Origin: Flavobacteriales bacterium
GTDB taxonomy: Bacteria; Bacteroidota; Bacteroidia; Flavobacteriales; BACL11
Reading direction: 5' to 3'
NCBI GenBank assembly: GCA_002697505.1
Contig: NZWA01000041.1
Span: forward strand, 11,186 to 75,185
Length of the DNA stretch: 64,000 nt
The translations under genes were made by a program, and so were the position numbers. The notes under the pieces were generated by a model. The model ran no database searches and was not told the DNA's origin. It saw nothing but the letters and a program-made list of their open reading frames with translations. Shown here piece after piece: positions 14,731 through 24,200 of the stretch (positions are counted from its first letter, which is position 1; every line of letters begins with the position of its first letter).

Positions 14731-15870
14731 ATGAAGTTAAAATTTAAAGAAACTCCAGAACAAGTTGAATTGATCAAAGCGATGGGCTCTAAACGCCCAG
14801 AGGTTTCTCGCGAAGCTTCCGAGGCTTTTGCAGCTTTTATTGGCCCTGTTATCCAGCAGGTGCTTCTTCAAGCTGACACAGCTTCGTCTGTTTATTCCGA
14901 CGTTGTTTACGACGAAGACGACAATCCGAGCTACCCGCTCGATTTGTTTTTCGAGCAGAGAAATGCTGATAACTACGTTTCTGTAGTGCAGCAGAATATC
15001 GCTGGTGGTCTTCCGAGCTCTCAAATTGCTGGCGCAAACGAGTTGAAGGTAGCTACCTACAAGCTCGACGCTGCCGTTAGCTTTTTGAAGAAGTATGCTC
15101 GCCGCGGTCGTCTTGACGTAGTTAGCAAGGCTGTTGAGCGTATGGCTCAGGAAGTCTTGGTGAAGCAAGAGCGCAATGCGTGGGCGGTTATCCTTAAAGC
15201 TCTCTCTGAGGGTAAAGGTACTGGTTCTAGCAATGGTGCTCACATTGTTAATAACGTTGGTAGCACTGAAACCTTCCAGCTCGATACCTTGAATGCGATG
15301 ATTACTCGTATGAAGCGCATCAACAAGTCGTTCGCTGGCGGTACTGCTGCTCAGGTCTACTCCGAAGGCATCACTGATCTCTTCGTCAGCCCTGAAGTTA
15401 AGCAAGATATCAGAGCGTTCTCATATTCTCCGATTGGTAATAACGCTAATCAGAACATTCCTGATGACGCGAAGAGCGACGCTTATAGAGCTGCTGGTAT
15501 TGCTAATATCTTCGGTATTAACATTATCGACTTGCAGGAACTCGGTGTTGGTCAGAAGTACAATACATTGTACGAGACCTTCAGTGACTCCGCTGGTTTG
15601 GCTGGCGCTGTTAACGAGGCTGGTGCTACAACCACTTCCGCGTTTAACGACGGTTCTAGCCACGAGTTGGTGCTCGGTGTGGATGCTAGCCGCGAGGCTC
15701 TTATTCGCCCAGTTGCTCGTAACTCTGAGTCTGGCGCAACGTTCAGCGCATTGCCGGATGACCAGTTCACTCAACGTGCCGATAAGACCGGTTTCTACGG
15801 TTCTGTCGAAGAGGGTCGTGTTTGTATCGACGCTCGCGTGCTTGTTGGTGGTCACCTCAAGCGTTCTTAA
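14731..15870 (+). CDS. Major capsid protein (candidate)
   Basis: 379 aa with an AGGAG Shine-Dalgarno sequence. It follows the scaffold and decoration genes and is followed by a strong terminator. Confidence 0.7.
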   Translation: MKLKFKETPEQVELIKAMGSKRPEVSREASEAFAAFIGPVIQQVLLQADTASSVYSDVVYDEDDNPSYPLDLFFEQRNADNYVSVVQQNIAGGLPSSQIAGANELKVATYKLDAAVSFLKKYARRGRLDVVSKAVERMAQEVLVKQERNAWAVILKALSEGKGTGSSNGAHIVNNVGSTETFQLDTLNAMITRMKRINKSFAGGTAAQVYSEGITDLFVSPEVKQDIRAFSYSPIGNNANQNIPDDAKSDAYRAAGIANIFGINIIDLQELGVGQKYNTLYETFSDSAGLAGAVNEAGATTTSAFNDGSSHELVLGVDASREALIRPVARNSESGATFSALPDDQFTQRADKTGFYGSVEEGRVCIDARVLVGGHLKRS

Positions 15871-15892
15871 TAAAACGTTAAATAATTCAAAG

Positions 15893-15920
15893 CCCGTCGA
15901 CTTCGGTCGGCGGGGTTTTT
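15893..15920 (+). terminator. Rho-independent terminator
   Basis: A 9-bp GC-rich stem (CCCGTCGAC / GTCGGCGGG, with one G-U pair), a UUCG tetraloop, then a T5 run. Confidence 0.8.
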
Positions 15921-15978
15921 ATTTCTATTTATTAGATTATTTGTGTATTTTATATATAATAAGGAAAGGTTAAAGGTT

Positions 15979-16338
15979 ATGGCAGTTAAAAGGAAAAAGA
16001 AAAGTTTAGATAGTATTAATCAAACTCATGCTAAGGTAGAAAAGAAGTTTGAACCAACAACTCTAGATCAAATCTGGGGAGATGATGGAGCTTCTGAATA
16101 CGGAACTTTAGATTACCAAAGCTATCAAGAAAAAATCTTCGACATGAATATGTCGGATCTTCAAGCTCACGCTTCTCGTGTTGGTATTGTTCCCATCGAC
16201 AATAGAAATATGTTAACAGATAGACTTTTAAGAGAGTTTAGTAAACATGTTTCATCTTTTAGGAAACCTGTCGAAGACTTGGGGGAACAGCAAAACATTC
16301 CTAAGAAAATTAAAGATATCTTAGCAGAGGGAAGGTAG
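15979..16338 (+). CDS. Hypothetical protein
   Basis: The preferred start is MAVKRKKKS at 15979, preceded by AAGGAAAGG...AAAGG. The ORF-track start at 15943 lies in the AT-rich promoter-like spacer. Confidence 0.5.
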   Translation: MAVKRKKKSLDSINQTHAKVEKKFEPTTLDQIWGDDGASEYGTLDYQSYQEKIFDMNMSDLQAHASRVGIVPIDNRNMLTDRLLREFSKHVSSFRKPVEDLGEQQNIPKKIKDILAEGR

Positions 16339-16341
16339 TAA

Positions 16342-16824
16342 ATGCCCGTCAATAATCTAGATAAAATTGATGCTAGATACATAGACGGCACCCGGGCTAG
16401 TCACACGCAGGTACTTAGGGTTGACTCTAATCTAGATGTAGATTTTGAAGATTCGATCAGAATCACTAATCCCTCTGGTACCACCGGCGACAACGGAACA
16501 TATTACTTTACTCCTAGTGGAGAGTTTCAAACTTTTATATTAAATCATAACAACTCAAACATATACTTTTCAGGAATTAGCTCAGACAGTTTAGCTATGG
16601 AAAGAGGAGCGTATCAAGTTAGAGTATATAACAATCAAGGTAACGGCAGTATAACGGTAGAAGAGTTTGAAAAGTTTGCTTGGCACGGGCAAAAACCTCC
16701 GTCGACCGTAACTGTTCCTAGCGGACAACATTACGTTTATGCAGTTACTTATCACGGAGATTACAGTTCTTCTTATCCAGACCTAAAAGACTGGTCTGCT
16801 GTTTTTGTTTCAGAAAGTGCTTAA
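16342..16824 (+). CDS. Hypothetical structural protein
   Basis: 160 aa, tightly coupled within the late operon. Confidence 0.45.
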   Translation: MPVNNLDKIDARYIDGTRASHTQVLRVDSNLDVDFEDSIRITNPSGTTGDNGTYYFTPSGEFQTFILNHNNSNIYFSGISSDSLAMERGAYQVRVYNNQGNGSITVEEFEKFAWHGQKPPSTVTVPSGQHYVYAVTYHGDYSSSYPDLKDWSAVFVSESA

Positions 16825-16827
16825 AAA

Positions 16828-16835
16828 AGTGTAAT
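16828..16835 (+). promoter_or_regulatory. AGTGTAAT motif
   Basis: Exact 8-mer preceded by an A-run, 12 nt before the ATG at 16848. Confidence 0.45.
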
Positions 16836-16847
16836 AATTAAAACATA

Positions 16848-18866
16848 ATGAGTATCAAATATCAGCCCAAAAAAATTATTGAGATACCCGAGATAGAGTT
16901 TAATAGATCTGTTCAAGGTAAGTATAAGACTTCTGTGATTAACCCCGACGGAAGTGTTGCCAACGAAAACGACTGGCATAAGAACCTTATTTTAGATTGT
17001 GGACTAGACAAAATTGCATATATGCCTTGGGCTCAGGTATTTCAGTTTTGCGTTGCTGGCAACAAACCTTCAGGAGATGTTACTCCTGCGGCTGTAACAG
17101 ATACTCAGCTAGAACAGCCTCTGATGATGAATTCGTTCTATCTTCCCGGTAGTGGAAACTGCGGAGACGAACTTTATCAAAGTGGCGACTATAGATACTT
17201 AAGACTGTTTAGAACTTTTGATTTTTTACATGTAAAGCAAAATACAATTGTTACAGAGCTAGGCTTTAAAGAGACGCCCGGTGCGAAAAAGCTTTTTTCT
17301 AGGGTCGTGCTGGATGGAAACACAGGAGTAGGAAGACCTGATCCAGAGTTATTGCGCCCGGGTCAATTTTTAAGAGTTAAATACGAACTCAATGTTCAGT
17401 TAGATCCTGTTACTCCAAATTCGACAGGAATAGTGCCAACAGGTTCAGATGGAAACTTGCCAACTATTTCTTGGAGCGGCGCGGCTTCTTCTGGAGACAG
17501 ACATGGCTTGCAGCACGTTGGCATGGTGGGTATTAATGAATCTGGTGTAGCAGTACCCTATGATGCAGGCGGAGCTTCTAATGAACCTTTCTCTGTTGGC
17601 GCGGTAGATTTTGGACCCGGCTTTGGTTATGTTAACAGATGGCAAAACGGAGATGGAATCTTACAAGAAACAGGAGCAGCGGGTAATGTTATTGGATATA
17701 TGCAGCCGTCGGGCGCGCAAAGACTAGCTGACAGGCCGGGGCCTTTACTACAGTTGATGGACCACCAAGACATGAACAGGTTCATAAATCACGATGCTAT
17801 AACAGGCAGTGGTTTTGTGGGTAACGCTTTTGTAAACTCTCATAAAAATATGAGCGGTCAATCTGCTATCGCTACAAATATTTCGGACTTGGTATCCGAT
17901 GCTTCTGGGTATTGGCCATGGGGCAACTATCTTCGCAGACAACAACTAGCAGATTTTGCAACAGCCTATGGTCTTTCGTTAGGAAATGTGACGTCTAATA
18001 GTAGCACTGATTATGGCTATAATAGATTATTTGTTACGCAAAATTCACAAAATTATTACTCTAACACTTTCAGGACGCCGTTTTTTACATACGGCCCCTT
18101 AAGTTTTGTTATGCGTCCGGTGTCTAGATATGGAGTCGAAAACATTTTTAACAACTGGGACTATTTTAGCCCTGATAACGACAATGATGCAGCAGATGCA
18201 AATACTAACGTCAGTACGACCAGCGCATCATATTCTCATTTGCACAATCTTTTCGCCACGGAGATAGGCACTACGACCGAGATGGGGTCAGATCATGATT
18301 CAGACCTTACAAAATATAGTCAATATTTTAACGTCGCAGATTTTTATGCGCCTGACCAAAATTCTAACGTAGGATCTTATTTAACTTTCGATGAACCTGT
18401 GACGACTAGAGGATTCTCAAGCCCAGAAAAAAGCGTATTGTGGGACTCTTGGCAAATGAGGGGAGCTTCTTGCTTCTTGTCTACAAGCACAGGGGCAGTT
18501 CAAGCTTTTGGTGACACTGGAGTCGCTTACGATAGATCAGCAGGAGAAGACTTCTTTGAGTTGCCTCTAAGAAAAGCTGAGTACAATACAGGCCAAGCAG
18601 GTGATTCGAGATCGCTGTTTAAGTTCTGTTTCTTTGACAACGCCGTAGCTAATACTATAGCTAACGGAGTCCGTCAACACGATGCGTGGAAAACTATAGG
18701 AGTTGGCGCGACAACAGACTGGTCAATCAACCCTGCTACCATGAGCGGTGCTGCCAGAGACAACGGCTATGTTTACAGATTTGATACTGCAAGAGAGAAA
18801 GACAACGATCATATCTTAAAGGTTTCTTTCAAATATACGTGGACTAGAAATACTGGACAGTTATAA
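16848..18866 (+). CDS. Large structural protein of unknown function
   Basis: 672 aa. First gene of the fibre region. Confidence 0.5.
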   Translation: MSIKYQPKKIIEIPEIEFNRSVQGKYKTSVINPDGSVANENDWHKNLILDCGLDKIAYMPWAQVFQFCVAGNKPSGDVTPAAVTDTQLEQPLMMNSFYLPGSGNCGDELYQSGDYRYLRLFRTFDFLHVKQNTIVTELGFKETPGAKKLFSRVVLDGNTGVGRPDPELLRPGQFLRVKYELNVQLDPVTPNSTGIVPTGSDGNLPTISWSGAASSGDRHGLQHVGMVGINESGVAVPYDAGGASNEPFSVGAVDFGPGFGYVNRWQNGDGILQETGAAGNVIGYMQPSGAQRLADRPGPLLQLMDHQDMNRFINHDAITGSGFVGNAFVNSHKNMSGQSAIATNISDLVSDASGYWPWGNYLRRQQLADFATAYGLSLGNVTSNSSTDYGYNRLFVTQNSQNYYSNTFRTPFFTYGPLSFVMRPVSRYGVENIFNNWDYFSPDNDNDAADANTNVSTTSASYSHLHNLFATEIGTTTEMGSDHDSDLTKYSQYFNVADFYAPDQNSNVGSYLTFDEPVTTRGFSSPEKSVLWDSWQMRGASCFLSTSTGAVQAFGDTGVAYDRSAGEDFFELPLRKAEYNTGQAGDSRSLFKFCFFDNAVANTIANGVRQHDAWKTIGVGATTDWSINPATMSGAARDNGYVYRFDTAREKDNDHILKVSFKYTWTRNTGQL

Positions 18867-18875
18867 TGAAATTAA

Positions 18876-19517
18876 ATGAGCTACGTATACAGTTATCCAA
18901 ACATTTTCGTTAATGAGATAAATAGCGGGAATACAGCAAACGACGGTGAGGGCGATCCTCTAAGAACTGCGTTTTGGAAATTATTTGCGAACGACTCTGG
19001 CATTAGTGGTCACTTAGAACATATTAGCGGTTCTGTTGTCACTATAGGAAACCGCGTGGACGACGCTGGGATAAAAAAAGTTACTCACTATACAACTGGC
19101 AACTTAAACTCAGGAGAGTATGCAGACATAAGTTTTACTCAAGGAACTAGCGCGTCTAAAAACGGTAAGTTTGAAGTAGACTTAACAGAAAGCCACTACG
19201 GCACAGGTACACCTTATTCTAGTCGTTCAGATATATTGTATTCTGGCGGTGCAGTTTTTCACCCCGGCGGCTTTGGAAACTTTACACAATGGCGGACAGA
19301 CTTTCCTGTAGATAAAATAGGTAATCCTTTTAACAGCGGCGAACTAGATTATACTGTTAGAGTTGTTAACTCTGGAAATGCTAGCAATGCTCAAGCTCCT
19401 CTAGTTAGAATCACTAGAACTTCTGACCCTATAAATGAAGCCGTATCTGGAGCCGACAGAACCGACCAATACGGACAAAGTTATCATAAGCTTCATATTA
19501 GATTAACGGAGTACTAA
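18876..19517 (+). CDS. Hypothetical structural protein
   Basis: 213 aa within the same operon. Confidence 0.45.
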   Translation: MSYVYSYPNIFVNEINSGNTANDGEGDPLRTAFWKLFANDSGISGHLEHISGSVVTIGNRVDDAGIKKVTHYTTGNLNSGEYADISFTQGTSASKNGKFEVDLTESHYGTGTPYSSRSDILYSGGAVFHPGGFGNFTQWRTDFPVDKIGNPFNSGELDYTVRVVNSGNASNAQAPLVRITRTSDPINEAVSGADRTDQYGQSYHKLHIRLTEY

Positions 19518-19518
19518 T

Positions 19519-21243
19519 ATGAGTACATATTATACAGCGCCTGCGATATATAATACTGGTGGCTGGGGCACTCGTGGCGATACTCCTTCTTTTAACCCTA
19601 CTGGGATAGTTGTCCCTACTGGAGAGACAGGGAAAGCCTTTCTCGCTGTAAGTAGAGCAGATTACTATTTTGACAGTAAACGCAGATTTAATTTTGAGCT
19701 ATCTTCTTCTTTTACTCAATTAAAACATACTATACTTCGTAAAGTAAATTATGAAATTGACCCTAGTTTTAATCTAATTACTTCTCAAAAACTAAGAAGC
19801 TTCAATTACTCTTTTGCACCTAGCAGAATTCAACAAAAAAGTAAAAAATCAGAATCTTTTAGTACGTTTAATTTACCTAAGCTTAATTATAGATATAGGA
19901 GAGAAGATTATTTTAAAAATTATAGAAACATAGAAGAGATTTATTATATTAGAAGCTCAATTTATAGACCTAGGGCAACAATAAGTATAGAATCTTTAAT
20001 TAATCAATACAAAGATTTTTTTCAAAGATTTAATACTTACGGAAGAGTTTCTGCAAGTCTGTTTGGTTCCAAAGTTTTTCGACAAGATTTTTTAAGTAGG
20101 CCAGCAGTTGGCGCTTCGTTGTTTGGTAAGAGAAGAGTTTATATAAATAACGTTGTTGAATTAAGTCAAGCAAGTTATTTTTCAGGGGATTATAAATTTG
20201 AGAAATTTAAAACAAGTATATTACCAAATTTTCATATTTTTCAAAAGGAAAAATATAATAATACCTTTAAAGCTTTTAATACTTCAGATGTCCAATATTA
20301 TATTTCTCAGATGGCGTTTAAGCAGAAGGTAGATACTTCTATAAAACTTAATCTTTTCGGCAATAAAAACCCTAAAGTAAAAAATCAGATAACGAGTTCT
20401 ATAAATCAGTTCAGGCAGGCTTTGTCTAAAGGTAGCTCAAATAGATCTATAAACTCTACCCTTTTTAGAAGAATAAAAGGAAGGCATAGCTTCTCTACAA
20501 GTTTGTCAAATATTGACCAATTTAAAAGTTCACTTTATATACCTAAATCAACATTAAGGCAAAACTTATCTGAAATTTACGAGATAAAAAAAAGTCTAGC
20601 TAAAGTTAAAGGAAGGTTTTCTTTTGAAAAGATAAATTATTACGATATAGACAACTCACAAGAAAATTTTACAAAAACTAATAATTTAAATTTATTAAAT
20701 TACAATACCGACCCCGTAAGAAAAGAAGCTAAAATAAGCAATAATTTTCCTACGGGACTGCATTTCCCAAAGATAAGATATCAGACGGCAGAGCCTAATT
20801 ATTCAGTCAAGTCTACAGGCGCTAATAATCAAGATTACGCAACTTCAGACCCAAACGACCCCAACTATAATTATGGCTACTTAATTTATGAGGGTGTAGG
20901 TTATGGTAATTTATTCTCCTACGAACCTGATCAAGATGCAATGTATTGGGACTATTTTGATTATGACATCAGAAGCGGTATTTTCAATCCTTGTGAGTTT
21001 CCAGAAACTGCAGACAGGACTTTGGACCCTGTGCAAATTAGTTCTAGATCAAATAAAGGCGACAATCCTTTTTGGTACTTACCAGACCTTTTAACTGTAG
21101 ATTCTACTATTCATACGGCAGATGGAGCACCGTGTCAGTATATAGCTCAGGAAAATAGTAGATTTGCAGAAATATTTTTAGAAGATGGACAACTACTTCT
21201 CCCAGAAAACTATACCCAAACAGGTCAATTATTTACGGTATGA
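19519..21243 (+). CDS. Protein with a long, basic, S/N/K/F/R/Y-rich low-complexity core
   Basis: 574 aa. The central 350 aa or so are strongly basic with recurring SLFG.K, F.F and NY motifs. The corresponding DNA is visibly more AT-rich than the flanks. Confidence 0.5.
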   Translation: MSTYYTAPAIYNTGGWGTRGDTPSFNPTGIVVPTGETGKAFLAVSRADYYFDSKRRFNFELSSSFTQLKHTILRKVNYEIDPSFNLITSQKLRSFNYSFAPSRIQQKSKKSESFSTFNLPKLNYRYRREDYFKNYRNIEEIYYIRSSIYRPRATISIESLINQYKDFFQRFNTYGRVSASLFGSKVFRQDFLSRPAVGASLFGKRRVYINNVVELSQASYFSGDYKFEKFKTSILPNFHIFQKEKYNNTFKAFNTSDVQYYISQMAFKQKVDTSIKLNLFGNKNPKVKNQITSSINQFRQALSKGSSNRSINSTLFRRIKGRHSFSTSLSNIDQFKSSLYIPKSTLRQNLSEIYEIKKSLAKVKGRFSFEKINYYDIDNSQENFTKTNNLNLLNYNTDPVRKEAKISNNFPTGLHFPKIRYQTAEPNYSVKSTGANNQDYATSDPNDPNYNYGYLIYEGVGYGNLFSYEPDQDAMYWDYFDYDIRSGIFNPCEFPETADRTLDPVQISSRSNKGDNPFWYLPDLLTVDSTIHTADGAPCQYIAQENSRFAEIFLEDGQLLLPENYTQTGQLFTV

Positions 21244-21249
21244 TTAAAA

Positions 21250-21257
21250 AGTGTAAT
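21250..21257 (+). promoter_or_regulatory. AGTGTAAT motif
   Basis: Exact 8-mer after an A-run, 14 nt before the ATG at 21272. Confidence 0.45.
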
Positions 21258-21271
21258 ATATTTAGCTAAGT

Positions 21272-24200
21272 ATGGCCGGTACAAGGATAACACAATTTCC
21301 CAGTTTACCATCTGGGAGTTTGGCTTCGGAAGACGTTTTATTAGTAGTAGACGTCAGTGATACTTTTTATTCTCCTAGCGGCACTAACAAAGCCACCACT
21401 GTAGGCGACCTATCAAACTTTTTCAATAGCCAAGACACTTTTATAGGCTTAGGAGACACTCCCGGATCCTTTGGCAGTGCAGGGCAATCAGTTGTAGTAT
21501 CTGCAGACGGAAACTCTTTAATATTTTCTGGAGTGACTGGAGTGGGCGCAGGAGGAGGGGGAGCCACAAGTTTCATAGAACTTACTGACACCGCAGATTC
21601 TTTAGGGTCTGAGGGTCAAGTAACCGTAGTTTCTGGAAGTGAGATAGTATTTTCTGGGATAGGGCATTTAGTTTCTAGAAGCGAACTTTCTAGCTATGTA
21701 ACCACTTCCCAAACAGGTGATTTTATAACCAGTGATCAGACTGGAGATTTTGCAGGAGCAAGGACGACATTCGCTAGTTTAGATGATACTCCAGATTTAA
21801 TAGGTTCTCCCGGGCAAGTTCTTGTTGTCTCTGATGCAGGTGGTACCTTGCAATTTTCTGACACCGCAGGAGAAGGAGCTGTAGCTTTTACCGGTCTTAA
21901 TGATACCCCTTCTGGATTAGGAATAGAAGGGCAGGCTGTTGTTGTTTCTGGTACTGGGTTAGCTTTTTCTGGAATAACATTAACGAGCACAACTGTCGTA
22001 TCAGGCACAGGAGCTTTCACCGCTTTTTCACAACTAAATGACACACCTTCAGTCATACCAGAAAGTCAGCTAGTTATTGGCGGACCCACGGGCAACCTAG
22101 TTTTTTCTGGAGTAGAGTCTTTCGTCCTTACTGGAGAAACAGGAAATTTTGCAGATACAGCAACATTAGAAAGCTTCACTGAAGGTCTTAACGTAGGTAC
22201 AGATTCGAGCTTGTCAGGAAGAAAACTTCATGTGGTAGGCGACGTTGAAATCTCAGGAACAATTTTTCAAAGCGGATCGATATTTGAAGGTGGGGGTGGA
22301 TCTAGCACTTTTACTGGTCTTTCAGACACTCCTTCTAGCTTGGGTTCAGCCGGACAGTCAGTCGTCGTTTCCGCTGATGGAAACTCTCTAATATTTTCTG
22401 GCATAACTGGAAGTAGCGGCGGAGGCGGAACTACCATTATCTCTGGAGAAACTACTGCTAACAGTGGAATATTAGGAAACGACTTATTTACTGGCGACGG
22501 AGTAAAAACTGGGTTCATGATGACTCGGGCTCCGCTAAACGCTTTTAGCATAACAGTAGCAGTAAACGGTTTGCTACAAGCACCGGGAACCAACTATGAT
22601 TTAATAAGCGGTAGAAGTGGGTTATTGTTTCCAGAAGCTCCTTCTAGCGGCGTAGAAATAGATGTACGTCATTTGGGAGGTTTAGTAGGTCCGTCTGGAG
22701 AACAGGGTATACAAGGAGAAGTAGGGGCGATTGGACCAACAGGATCGACTGGGCCAACTGGGCCAACCGGGCCGACAGGCCCAACTGGACCAACCGGGCC
22801 GACTGGACCAACTGGCCCATCCGGAGCGACAGGCGCAACTGGTCCTACAGGGCCAATAGGGCCGTCTGGAGCTACCGGCGAAAGAGGTCCCCAAGGGTCT
22901 GGCGTAGTGGGAGCTTTAGCCTCTGACATATTTACTGGCGATGGGTCGACAGTAAGTTATAATTTAACAAACAGTATAGGTGAAGCTAAGAATATTATAG
23001 TAAGCATTAACGGATTGCTACAATCGCCGATAACCAACTATACAATTAGTGGCTCAGGCTTAACTTTCCCAGAAGCTCCGTCTAGTGGACTAGAGATAGA
23101 AGTTCGTCATCTTCAAGGTATACAAGGCCCTACCGGTGCTACCGGTCCCTCAGGGTCTGGAGGAGCTACTTCTTTTGTCGGTCTTAGCGACACTGTAGGG
23201 AGTCTAGGTATAGAAGGTCAAGTACCAGTCGTATCTGGTACAACTTTAGCGTTCTCAGGAATAACGGCAGGCACTACTTCTTTTGTAGGTCTTAGTGATA
23301 CTGTAGGGAGCTTAGGCTCAGAAGGTCAAGTGCCAGTTGTGTCCGGCAGCACTTTGGCATTCTCAGGAATAACAGCAGGGTCAAGTGTGGATCTTTCGGC
23401 TGTTGATCAAAATATCGTTCCTGACGCTACAAATACTCGAGACCTAGGAACAACAGGTAAAAGATGGAGAGACCTTTATTTATCCGGCACTTCTATATAC
23501 TTAGGCCAACAAGTACTTCAAGAGTCTGGCGGAGCTTTGAAGCTAAGCAGCGATGACGGATCAACGTTTTCAAATGTTACCACTAAAGCAGTCGCTGATG
23601 ATGATTATGTCTCAATAGCAAGTTCATCCAGTCAAGCCGTTTACGATTTTGATAGTACAGCTAACTTTAATAATACTTCTGCCGCATTTTCGGCTGGGAT
23701 GTTGAATCCCGCAACTGGCGGAAGACTGGAGCTAGATTTAGCTACCGGCATGTTTATAGAAGAGTATAGCAATACAAATAATATAGATACAGATAATAGT
23801 AGTAGCTATGCAATAGATGGGAAAGCAAAAATAGAACAGCAGTTAAATACGGGAGACGGGTCAGACGGAGATGTAACTGTTTCAACATCGGGAACTTACA
23901 CGATGGATACAGACAGTTTGATAGCGGGAAGAACAGTCGCAGATGCGGTGGCTTTTAACGCTGATTCATTTACCACTAATACTGTTGTTTTGACCGACAC
24001 TCCGAGTGGTATTGCCGCGGGGGACGAAGTAATAATTTATTGCGCGCAAGGTTACGGAACTCATAGTCGAACTTCTGGAAATACTGCGCCGAATAGCAGA
24101 AGAGTTAACGTAGGCAATTATGAATTCTTGACAGTAGATTCTGTAGATTCTAGTAGCAAGACAATAACTTTTACTACTACTAAGGAAAAATATTACGGAA

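Noticed and set aside
14737-15973. Long antisense or alternative-frame ORFs over the capsid gene: 14737-15405 (-), 15421-15855 (-) and 15434-15973 (+).
   Set aside because: They are completely nested in the capsid ORF, which has a Shine-Dalgarno sequence, operon context and a terminator. Their translations are low-complexity and they have no ribosome-binding sites.
15943-15978. The ORF-track start at 15943 (MYFIYNKERLKV...).
   Set aside because: This stretch is the AT-rich promoter-like spacer after the terminator. The internal ATG at 15979 is preceded by a purine-rich Shine-Dalgarno-like sequence and gives MAVKRKKKS.
3449-16005. The shared N-terminus MAVKRK of the portal protein (3449) and ORF 15979, considered as a sign of duplication or a targeting signal.
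   Set aside because: Only six residues are shared, and the following sequences are unrelated. The match is most simply a coincidence of basic N-termini.
22644-22929. Minus-strand and alternative-frame ORFs across the collagen-like blocks: 22644-22838, 22669-22929, 22682-22894, 30936-31202, 30977-31249, 31263-31931, 31640-31834, 32026-32211, 32394-32651, 32399-32614, 33382-33615, 33398-33589 and 33776-34069.
   Set aside because: They are artefacts of the GGN-CCN-NNN periodic DNA, which is stop-free in several frames. Their translations are Pro/Gly/Val or Leu/Gln/Arg runs with no start context, and all lie inside the long, well-supported fibre ORFs.
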